From positions 58,134,788 to 58,198,787 of the forward strand of contig CM120640.1 in assembly GCA_051362555.1 (NCBI GenBank): a DNA stretch of 64,000 nt, given 5' to 3'. The stretch is from Lingula anatina. Lineage: Eukaryota; Animalia; Brachiopoda. This document shows positions 15,001 through 27,000 of the stretch, in pieces (position 1 is the first letter of the stretch; every line of letters starts with the position of its first letter). Below the pieces are notes generated by a model. It was not told the origin of the DNA, searched no databases, and was given only the letters and a program-made list of their open reading frames with translations. Made by a program: the position numbers and the translations under genes.

Positions 15001-18000
15001 ACTTTGCAAATTTTTCTTCCCTTTTATCTCCAAAACTGGCAGAGATAGGTCCATAGTTACTATTGAACTTGAATAGGAAGTCATATACTGGCAATCTAAA
15101 TGTGACCTTAAAATTGACCTTTGACCTACTTTTCACCATAAACTGAACTTTGCAAAATTTGCTTCCCTTTTATCTCCAAAACTGGCAGAGATAGGTCCAT
15201 AGTTACTATTGAACTTGAATAGGAAGTCATATACTGGCAATCTAAATGTGACCTTAAAATTGACCTTTGACCTATTTACACCATGAACTGAATTTTGCAA
15301 ATTTTGCTTTCCTTTTATCTCCAAAACTGGCTGAGATAGGTCCATAGTTACTATTGAACTTGAATAGGAAGTCATATACTGGCAATCTTACTATGACCTT
15401 GAAAGTGACCTTTGACCTACTTTACACCATGAACTGAATTTTGCAAATTTTGCTTTCCTTTTATCTCCAAAACTGGCTGAGATAGGTCCATAGTTACTAT
15501 TGAACTTGAATAGGAAGTCATATACTGGCAATCTTACTATGACCTTGAAAGTGACCTTTGACCTACTTTTCACCATGAACTGAACTTTGCAAATTTTTCT
15601 TCCCTTTTATCTCCAAAACTGGCAGAGATAGGTCCATAGTTACTATTGAACTTGAATAGGAAGTCATATACTGGCAATCTAAATGTGACCTTAAAATTGA
15701 CCTTTGACCTACTTTTCACCATAAACTGAACTTTGCAAAATTTGCTTCCCTTTTATCTCCAAAACTGGCAGAGATAGGTCCATAGTTACTATTGAACTTG
15801 AATAGGAAGTCATATACTGGCAATCTAAATGTGACCTTAAAATTGACCTTTGACCTACTTTACACCATGAACTGAATTTTGCAAATTTTGCTTTCCTTTT
15901 ATCTCCAAAACTGGCTGAGATAGGTCCGTAGTTACTATTGAACTTGAATAGGAAGTCATATACTGGCAATCTAAATGTGACCTTAAAATTGACCTTTGAC
16001 CTACTATACACCATGAACTGAATTTTGCAAATTTTGCTTTCCTTTTATCTCCAAAACTGGCTGAGATAGGTCCGTAGTTACTATTGAACTTGAATAGGAA
16101 GTCATATACTGGCATTATAAATGTGACCTCAAAATTGACCTTTGACCTACTTTTCACCATAAACTGAACTTTGCAAATTTTGCTTCCCTTTTATCTCCAA
16201 AACTGGCAGAGATAGGTCCATAGTTACTATTGAACTTGAATAGGAAGTCATATACTGGCAATCTAAATGTGACCTTGAAATTGACCTTTGACCTACTTTT
16301 CACCATGAACTGAATTTTGAAAATTTTGCTTCCCTTTTATCTCCAAAACTGGCTGAGATAGGTCCATAGTTACTATTGAACTTGAACAGGAAGTCATATA
16401 CTGGCAATCTAAATGTGACCTTGAAATTGACCTTTGACCTACTTTTCACCATGAACTGAACTTTGCAAATTTTGCTTTCCTTTTATCTCCAAAACTGGCA
16501 GAGATAGGTCCATAGTTACTATTGAACTTGAAAAGGAAGTCATATACTGGCAATCTAAATGTGACCTTAAAATTGACCTTTGACCTACTTTACACCATAA
16601 ACTGAATTTTGCAAATTTTGCTTTCCTTTTATCTCCAAAACTGGCTGAGATAGGTCCGTAGTTACTATTGAACTTGAATAGGAAGTCATATACTGGCATT
16701 ATAAATGTGACATTAAAATTGACCTTTGTCCTACTTTTCACCATAAACTGAACTTCGCAAATTTTGCTTCCCTTTTATCTCCAAAACTGGCAGAGATAGG
16801 TCCATAGTTACTATTGAACTTGAATAAAAAGTCATATACTGGCAATCTAAATGTGACCTTGAAATTGACCTTTGACCTACTTTTTATCATGAACTGAACT
16901 CTGCTAATTTCTTTCTCTTTTAACTTCAAACTTGACAGAGATAGGTCCATAGTTACTCTTGAACTTGAATAGGAAGTCATATACTGGCAATTTACTGTGA
17001 CCTTGAAATTGACCCTTGACCTACCTTACGAAGAACTTAAATTTGATTGTACCATATATATTTTTTGCAATAGTTTAAAAATTCTTGTTGATTGCATTTT
17101 TACAGCTTGTCAAGCACAAAACTGGTGGCTGTGTCCCTTATTTTGTGTATGTGGGGGTCTATACGAATGCGCTTGCTCCAGCTGGTGGTACAATATTCGG
17201 AGGCGGTATCGCCTCTCTGATCCTCTAGTTAAATATAGAAGAATGTTTTTTTCTTGGATGTACATAAAGCAAAAATATCAGTTTTTTTTGTAGAAACATT
17301 GATTAGTGCAGTTCATCTGTATGACAGAAGTCACTGACAATAAAGGGAACCGGAGAAGATCAGCATTGGTCAGAATTGTGCCGGAAGTGACGTGCAGTGG
17401 TGTTAGAAGCGAAGCTGAGTGGTCATTTTAACATAGAGGTGAACGGCAGTGAAGACGGGTTGTCGGAGGAAAAAGAAGTTTTCTAAACAACATGGTAAGA
17501 TAACTCTCCTTTTTTACGCATTTTGGGCAGAGAATACTTGTAGAAATAATAGACGCATGATATGAAAACGCGACACGGAACTTGAAGGTGCAAAATCGTG
17601 CTTAATTTGCGGTCAACTTGTTTAGAAATAAATGCTGCGTCGACCGCCAGCGCGACAAAAAGCGTAAAGGGGAAATAATTCCCGGGAGTCTATAAATCGT
17701 TGTCATGTGGAAATTTGGCATTAATATAATCCGATATGTCCATATCTAAGTATTTTTGGGTGTTTTATGGTATGGGCTGCAATTACAACGATGTTTTAGA
17801 GGTCTTGAAGGACCTTGTGAAAACCAGGAAGTAGTTCGTAACTAACAAGTGGAATGTACCGATCTCCGACTGCTGTGCACAGCTGTATCTTTTTTTCAAT
17901 ATATTGACGAATTTTTAGATCTTTATATGTCTTTCTGGCATGAAATTCCACACACATGATCACACTGATACACCTTTTACACTGGGGTAGGCATAAATCA

Positions 18001-21000
18001 GTGACGAATGCCAAGACAAAGGTGACATTCTGACAGCCTCTTATCTGAGTTAAAAATCACTGACAAAAGAGACTGGCAATCACTTTCCTCAGGCTGGCAA
18101 TCATTAGCCTATAGAAATTGGTCATGTTACATCTTATCTACCTGTGAGAATCGTTTTACCAACTGAGTATTGCATAATTATGTCAATTATTAGTACTTTG
18201 AGCTAGTCTTAATTACCTGTCAGCTCACCTGAATTCTCTTTCCGTCTTTTTGGGAAGATCTTGTCAGTGAAATGTATTATTTGTCCTGTGAATGCATTGC
18301 ACTTTATTGTATATTTGTCACCTTTGTCGTGGCATTTGTCACTGATTAGCGCCTTCCCCAGTGTAAAAGGTGTATCAGTGTGATCATGTGTGTGGAATTT
18401 CATGCCAGAAAGACATATAAAGATCTAAAAATTCGTCAATATATTGAAAAAAAGATACAGCTGTGCACAGCAGTCGGAGATCGGTACATTCCACTTGTTA
18501 GTTACGAACTACTTCCTGGTTTTCACAAGGTCCTTCAAGACCTCTAAAACATCGTTGTAATTGCAGCCCATACCATAAAACACCCAAAAATACTTAGATA
18601 TGGACATATCGGATTATATTAATGCCAAATTTCCACATGACAACGATTTATAGACTCCCGGGAATTATTTCCCCTTTACGCTTTTTGTCGCGCTGACGGT
18701 CGACGCAGCATTTATTTCTAAACAAGTTGACCGCAAATTAAGCACGATTTTGCACCTTCAAGTTCCGTGTCACGTTTTCATATCATGCGTCTATTATTTC
18801 TACAAGTATTCTCTGCCCAAAATGCGTAAAAAAGGAGAGTTATCTTACCATGTTGTTTAGAAAACTTCTTTTTCCTCCGACAACCCGTCTTCACTGCCGT
18901 TCACCTCTATGTTAAAATGACCACTCAGCTTCGCTTCTAACACCACTGCACGTCACTTCCGGCACAATTCTGACCAATGCTGATCTTCTCCGGTACCCGT
19001 TATTGGGTATTGCTGTTTCTCAGGGTCTGCTGATATTGAAGAACAAGTCAGATGGCACAGAGCATTCATTCCACCTCAGGGGCCATGCTAAGAAACCTCT
19101 GCCACTGGACCATGTGGTCATCCAGGGAGAGGTGAAGCAGACGTAAGTTTAACTTTGGTAATGTAATGTGTCTTTGAGATTGTTTTTAGCTCTTTTCATG
19201 TAGTAGCAATAATTTTTTCTGCGTGTTCAACTGCTAGTTTCCGTTGATCAAGTTGATATTATTTTTCAGAACTGAAAAAACAGTCCAAGTTCCCAATGTT
19301 ACTCGAAAGAAGCTCACATACAGGGTAAGTGTCCCTTGGCAATGCCCAATTTTTTTCAGTAACATTTGAGTATGGTTCGTAGTTTATGAATTCATCCACA
19401 CTGATATTCATCCAATCATGTAAGTTTGTTTTAAAGAATTTTTTACCAACTATGTTCTAACAGGGATTTTGTTGAGAAACACTCTTCAGGTTTTCAAGTT
19501 GTCATTGTTTTCATTACAGGTTCAAACTGACCTTCCATTTGTAAGTGGTGGTCAAGCCTTGACCATCTTGCCTGGCCAGACTGGTAACTACAATATCAGT
19601 GTATGTCCACTCAAGAGAGGGAGATTCAAGGGTGTCCTGGCTTTTGTAGCTGGAAGAAATCCAATCACGTAAGTTAAAATGCATATCATAGCTTTACAAT
19701 GTTACTATTTTAAAATGCATAAACACATATTGCAGTTCATTGATAATTAACTTTCACATTCTTGTGAATATATAGATACAGAGGTATAATAAACATGGCA
19801 TTTTATTATGTACAGACACAGATGTGTCTGTACATATAGCCGTCATCTGCGTCTGTCGTCGCCGTCGCTGTCGCCGTCGCCGTTGGCGTGCACTTTAACC
19901 GTAAACACGATAAGTGGAAAACAGTTTTACCTTTTGGTTTGAAACTTACAGAACTGATGAATATTTATAATATGTAGGTCAAGTTCGAAAATCAGCATGA
20001 TCGGGTCATTTTTAGGGAAGTTATGCTTTTTTTCGCTTTTTTCAGCATATATGCAACACCGTAAACACGATAAGTGGAAAACCGTTTTACCTTTTGATTT
20101 GAAAGTTACAGAACTGATGAATATTCATAATACGCCGGTCAAGTTCGAAAATCAGCATGATCGGGCCATTATTTTAGAAGTTATGCTTTTTTTTCACATT
20201 TCCTCAGATTCAATTCTTAGGCATGTTAATAGTCTCATTATTGAACTAATAAGATACATAAAAGTGTTTGTTTGACATTTCCTGCATCTTTACAACATTG
20301 TCAGTTGATTATGTAAAAATGATGGTAAATTTGTTATCGTGTATTGTGTAATGAAGTGTCAAAAATGGAAATAAACACATATCATTGCAGTTTGTCAGAT
20401 TCAATCATCCACTATGTTCAGAATCTCAGAATGGAGGAAATTGGACATTTAACACTGTTCTATTGATAATTTTCCCATCTCATCAATTTTCTTAGTTGGT
20501 CATATAAACATGGCAGTTAACAGTTAATGTTAAAAAAAGTGTTAAAAATGGAAATAAACCCATTTCAGAAAAATGCTGTCTTGTTTACATTTTGGCATTT
20601 TCAAGATGTGACTTTGAAGTTCCATGGTCCTGAAGACCTTTGCTAGTCACATTTTCTGAATATCTATGATACTAATATTTTATTATTAAAAATTGACGGT
20701 CATTATGCTGTTAAACATTATGTAATATTGCATCAAAATTTGAAGAAACCCCTATTTTGGGCACTGCTCCCATGATGACCATTTAAGGAAAATCATGTCA
20801 CTCACTGTTCTCAAACTTACAGGAAAGAAACATGGGACTAAAATATAGCTTCATTAGGCAATGCAGTCTGTTTGGTAAATTTTTCTGGCAATTAAACAGT
20901 TTTTTGTGAAAATTTAATTTTTCACTTATTGGCATTTTCAAGGTGTGACTTAGAACCTCCACGGGCTTGAAGACCTTTGCTAGTTACATATTCTGAATAT

Positions 21001-24000
21001 CCATGATACTAATATTTTATTATTAAAAATTGATGGTCATTATGCTGTTAAACATTATGTAATGTTGCATCAAAATAAAGAAAACACAATTTTTGGTGTT
21101 GCTGCCATGATGACCATTATGGGAAAACCATGTTACTTATGACTGTCAAACTTTCAAAAAAGAAACACAGGACTAAAATGCAGTCTGAGTTGGAAAAGCA
21201 GTCTAATTAGCTTCTTTTTCTGGGAGTTATACATTTTAGTGAAATATTCATTATTATCTTTTTGGCATATTCATTGTGGGACTCAGAACTCCCATGGACA
21301 TGAAGCCGAATGGTAATCAAATTTTCTACCAGTCCTTGCTATTTATAGTCAATAATCAAAAATTGGTGATAATTATTTTATAATTTATTATGTAATGTTA
21401 CATCAAAATTGACAAAAATCTTTTTGCACTGCTACTGCAAACATTATGAAAAGAAAACTGTGCTACTTATTATTATTTTTAACATACAAGTATGATTTTT
21501 AGGATTGGCATGCAGTTCAAATTAAAAAGCCAGGTCAATTGGTCAATTCTTTTATTATTGAATTTATGCAATTTTGTGTGAAATTTTCATTTTTCTCATT
21601 CTGGCACTTTCAAAGTATAAACTTGAACTCTGATGGGCATGAAGCCTTATGCTTTTACTTTTGTCGGTGTTACCTGTTGTGCATAATTAAAATTTGATAT
21701 TGACCGTGCAGTTAAACATAATGTATTATTGCATCTGAATTGGTAGTCTCCTATTTTGTACATTATTGTTTTGTGCTTTTCTTAAGATGTGACTTATGGG
21801 CCTGAAAGACCTTTGAGAGGGTCAGTCTGTAAATTTCCCTTGGGTATCACTTAGCTAATTTCAGAGTTATAAAGTCATTTGCCTAATTAATAGGTCTTTA
21901 AATGAGATTACATAAAGCACACTTGTGGATATTTCCCTGTAAACTCCCAAAGGTTAAGCTCTCCGCTAGATTAATAATAAGGAAGCAGTGATAATTATGC
22001 AGGTAAACTTTGTTTAATATTGCAAATAAGTTATATATATATATATATATATATAAACTTGAAGATTATAAGTTCGAATAGCAGCTTCATTTACCTCTGC
22101 CAAGGAGGTTATGTTTTCACCCCTGTTTGTCATCAATTTAACTCAAAAAGTTACAGACCGATTTTGATGAAATTTTCAGGAACTGTGGGCAAGGAGAACA
22201 ATGATTAGTTTTTGGTGGTGGTCCGGATCAATTATCAATCAATAAGCAATAATAATCAACAATTGCTGTCTTGGCAGAGGTCTGCGCTCTCGGAGTGCTT
22301 TTCTAGTTTTGTTGTGTTTTCCTTTTTAATTTTCAAACACTGGCATTTGTGACTTTTAACTCTCATCCGCCTGAGGCTCTGCACATTTTCTGTATTTCCA
22401 CATAAGCAGTTGTATTGTTTTTTATGTCTTTAAACATTATGTAATATTATTTTATGCACTGTCATCATTTTTCAAATATTGAGACTTTCATCATGTGAAT
22501 TTGAACTCTCATGGTCCTGAAACTGTAATCTTATCGAAGGGGTGGATTGAGACCATCTTCTGGGTCTTCCGGAAGATGGTCAGGTTATTAAGTTTATATT
22601 GACTGGTATCTATTTTTTTTTTTTTTTTTTGGTAGACCATAAAAATGGTGGATCAACATAGATACTTTGAAATACTGTCAGAAAATATCTCTGGGTTCGC
22701 TCCTGTTATTGACCATGGTACCTGTTGTGCATGATTAAAATTCAGTGTTGACTGACAGTGCTATTATAAGCATTATTTATTATTGCATCAAAATTGACAA
22801 AATGACCTATTTTGCATCTTTATTTTCTGTTTTTTGTCTGTACATTTGACAGCTTTGCTGCCTTGTTTGACATAAGCATTTAACCAGTGAGATATCGAGC
22901 TACAAATTTTAAACTGATTTGTTTTCCCTTTGAGAATATAAATTGGGTTGAGATTTGCTCTAATGGTTAAGATATTCTTCCAGTGAAGTGGACAGTGATG
23001 GTGATGAAGAGCCTGGGTCTGAGGCAGAAAATGAGGAGTACCATGGTTACACAGTCTGGTATTCTGTGGACATGCATGTCCAACCTGCTGCACCTGAGAA
23101 GACACTGGAGCTGGGATGTGCATGTCAGGTAAAGAAAGTGTTTGTAAACTGAATCTAGACCAAGGTAGTCTACTTTAAAGCTCTTAGAGTTTTAATGTAA
23201 TATATTACCTCAAAAGCAATTGTACTGCAGTTTTGGAGGTGCATGTTGCAGTGTTCAACCATGCTTTTTTCACATGTTAATTTCACTTAAGTAATGCATG
23301 TATCAAAGATGTTTAATTTTTATAGATTTTTTTGCTCATTGTTCTTTAGCACACCAGTCCTGTTCTAAGTTATATTAGTTTTCATAGCAGGCACAACTAA
23401 TTTATTATAAAATTTGGATGAACAAAACATTTAAAAGCATTTTAATGTTGCATGATTGCATCTCACACATTGTATTCTAACATTGTAGAAATCATCAATA
23501 CTGGAGGTGGGAGTGAGGAACCCCACAGACAAGGAGATCAACCTTGATGTGACCATAGAGGGTCCAGGCCTGTCTGGAGCAGGAGAACTACTGCTGCAAC
23601 CAGGGGAGAAGAGGCTGTATGAGCTCCAATACTCTCCAGCTATTATTGGAAAGTATCAGGGCAGGTGAGGAAATAGGAGTTGTCGTAGTCAAAAAGTGTT
23701 ATATGAATATTGCTGTTGTAATAGTCACATTTTGGGGAAACATTAATGTTGTAAGTGAAGTTATCCACCTGTAATGAAAAGCATTATCTCATATTAAATT
23801 TCGTTTTAATTCTAATTAAGGTTAAAATGAATAAAGTATGCACATATTTAATAACTATAGGTTGATGACAAAATTAGCAAGGCACATATGCATATATAGT
23901 TAAGAATTAATGACAAACTATCAACCATATCACTTTATGTTTCTGGCAATGATACTGAGGATATGTACATAAATGTTACTGGTGGAGCATGTGTGTTAAT

Positions 24001-27000
24001 ATTCCAGCTTGATCTTCTACAATGAAGTGGTTGGTGAGTTCTGGTATGATCTGTGTCTGACTGCAGAGAGCCCCAGACCTACCACTTTGCCTCACATGGA
24101 GTGTGAATTGGGAAGGTATGTGACACTGCACATGCAATTTATTAGGCTAGTAAACAATATGTTAAAGAATGTTTCACTTAAAATAACAGCAAGTGAACAA
24201 AACAGAGTTCCAAGAGCCTTTGTTATAAATTTTTTAATACAATATTGGAAATGAGTTTTATATTTACACTGTACATAGGTACATTACTTTGCATATATTA
24301 GCCAGTAATGCCTTTAATACATATCAGCACTGTTTACATTGGCTTCAAATTACTCTATCCATTAACCATTCTTATACCCAGGTGGACCAAACAAACCATA
24401 ACTCTAAACAACCCAACAGATGAAATACTGGAGTTAATTCCAACCATCTCTAACACCAACAACTTCACATTAGAGAGGGACAACGAGAGACCTATTTCTT
24501 TGAGACCACACACCCAAATCAAGATACCACTACATTTCATGCCTTCCAACTTGGGACAGGCAGATCACAATGCTAAGATTACTTTCCACAGTGAACAGGT
24601 TGGTTTGGGAGTAACCTATTTCTGTCAAGTTTTGATAGTTAATTGATATTTGTATGTTTACAATCTTAACAGATGTAATGCCCAATATTTTCTTTGAGTT
24701 TTTGAGATTTTGTGAGAGAAGATGGATTTATAATTTCAGAGTCAAATTGAAGTGATTTGGTGCTGTGTCACTCTGGAATCTTATCTGTTGGTTGAGATTA
24801 AATTGATTTTTGTTTGAATTCATGATGTTGTTCCTATTTGTTTTCATTAACAAGCATGTAGATATAAGTGGGAAATAATTGATTTGATATTGTGTAAGGT
24901 TTGTGCTTGTTAAATAAATCTTTTCTCCCTTAAAATCACTGACATCAGAAACTGAAATGCTGGTGCAAGTTTTTAACAATGTTATACTATTATATGGTAC
25001 TTTTTAACTTACTAAATTTTTACTACATGATCTTATTAATAGACTCAGAAAACAAAACTGTCTAACAATGTGTTATTTTAATTAAAAGAAATACATTTTA
25101 AAATTGCATTACATTGGCCCAGAAGTTGAGATTTTAGTCTAAGATAATTAACATAGTTTATTTATATAATTTAGGCCCTGAAGGTGAGATAACATTTTTT
25201 AAATAGTTAATTTAGTTTTTTTATTTTACTCTCTCCAGGTGCATTAGATTATTTACATATCCACATGTTTGCAAGTGTGTCTGCTTTATCACAGTCTGTG
25301 TCACAGTAATTCTATCACACACCACCTCTATGACATGTATAGGTAGAAGATATTGAGCACCGGTGTGTATCACTGTAGATCATCATTCTCATGCCCCTTA
25401 CCCAGGAAATTATGTTGTAGCCACTATGACAGCTGTACACACTAAGAAAATGATTTTGTACTGAATTCTTAATAGGCGCTTTCTGTAGACACAAACCCCT
25501 TTCATATAAAAATCTATAAGTTTTGGCAGTCACTGTGAATGAAGTGGTTTTGGAAGGTACCAACAAAGGAAAAGGTCAAACATTGCTGGAAAATGTTAAG
25601 GGTAGTTGTGAATCAATTTGAGTATGAAGAGAAGTGCATACATATTATTATGTTTTTGAACAGCTTCTGTGTATGACACTTCTATTTTATAAATAATGAG
25701 GCCTTTTTTTCTTTTTTCAGTGTCTGAAAACCATAACTCCAGTCATTTGAATTTTATGATACTATGTTTAAATTTGTGTCCAACAAATAAAAATTAGTAC
25801 AAAATCTGTCATTGTCTAATGACACTTAAAACAGTTTGTTCATTATGTCCCCATTTCCACATAAGTAACAATGATATTATGTATGCAGTAATATAACTGG
25901 TGTACAGAGCAAAAATTGGAGTTAAATTGGCATTGATGTATATAAATTTGAGCTTGCTTGATTCAATATTGATTCTTTATTTCCTTTCCAGCTTGGAGAG
26001 TGGGTGTACATAGCCTCTGGTACTGGCTTGCTCCCCCAGCCTCAGGACCCTGTATGTGTCTACACACCAGCTGGCTCCAACTCTACACTGATCATCCCAT
26101 TCAGAAACCCACTGGACCATGCTGTCATGGTTGATGTTACTTTGACTGGTAAGCACTGGGTTGGAGTTAAATTAGAAATTATTTGTTTATAAGACCCTCT
26201 ATAAAAAAATTAAATTCATGGTTGGTCTGCACAATCTTCTCAAGTGTTCAAATATTGATGATCATTGTAAATGCATTCTTACCTGGGAACAACTAGCTTT
26301 TTGGGTATTAGTAATATGCAGTCATTGATTCATTGTCAAATGTTTTAAAAGTTTGGATAAACTATGATTTGATATTTTGTATTTTACATATTTTACTGTG
26401 TGCAACAAGTTATCAATAAAGGTTTTCTTTCACATTGAATGAGGTGAAAATATGAGGAATCATCTTTCAAAAATTGGAATTAATTTTTTTTACAGATAAA
26501 GACCAGCAGATGGAATTATATGACCAGAGCAGAGATATGGAGGAGCTGGATTCACCATTCTGTTTGCTGCTGAAGAACAAGAGTGGCATCCGTGTGGGGC
26601 CCAAATCCACCCTGGACATTCCTGTGTCATTTGCCCCAGAAGAGATGAAGATGTATGAAGCTCTGTGTGTGGCTGTTATCAGAAAGGAAGATGGCTCCAG
26701 CTGGCATTACAATGTGCCTGAGAGTTATAAAGGGTGAGGATATATGTAGAGATACAATTTTCATTGGAAATGATTAGATGTGGAGTACTGAATTACCTGT
26801 ATATACATCATAAAATTAAAGGGATAATAACTCTTCGTTTTGGCCAAAAAATGAATTTTCCTGGAGTAAACAACAATTTTCCCATGCTTACCAATGGTTA
26901 ATGGATCCATTTTTACATTCAAAGTTAGTCCCTGGTTTTTTTCTAAAAAGTTTGGTTTTTTGTTAAAATCTCTTAAGAGATTATAACAGAGTATAGCCAT

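Larger units (their letters stand above)
19803..22866 (+). mobile_element. HINE (Helentron-associated) with nested repeats
   Basis: Features in order: 5' subTIR/IR TATGTACAGACACAGATGTGTCTGTACATA; (GTCGCC)n microsatellite; 159-bp tandem dimer (19900, 20059); diverged ~338-bp repeats; 3' subTIR TGTCTGTACAT (22835-22845); hairpin CAGCTTTGCTG; TTGTT end. Confidence 0.72.

Noticed and set aside
15133-16980. Repeated minus-strand ORFs (MVKSRSKV..., MTSYSSS...) and possible CRISPR-like array
   Set aside because: These are translations of the 146-bp satellite. The units are contiguous with no unique spacers, the context is eukaryotic, and there are no cas genes.
25315-25566. Minus-strand ORF with a Sushi-like YSCHSGY word in a CFAP47 intron
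   Set aside because: The remaining CCP-domain residues and credible splice partners are missing; likely chance.
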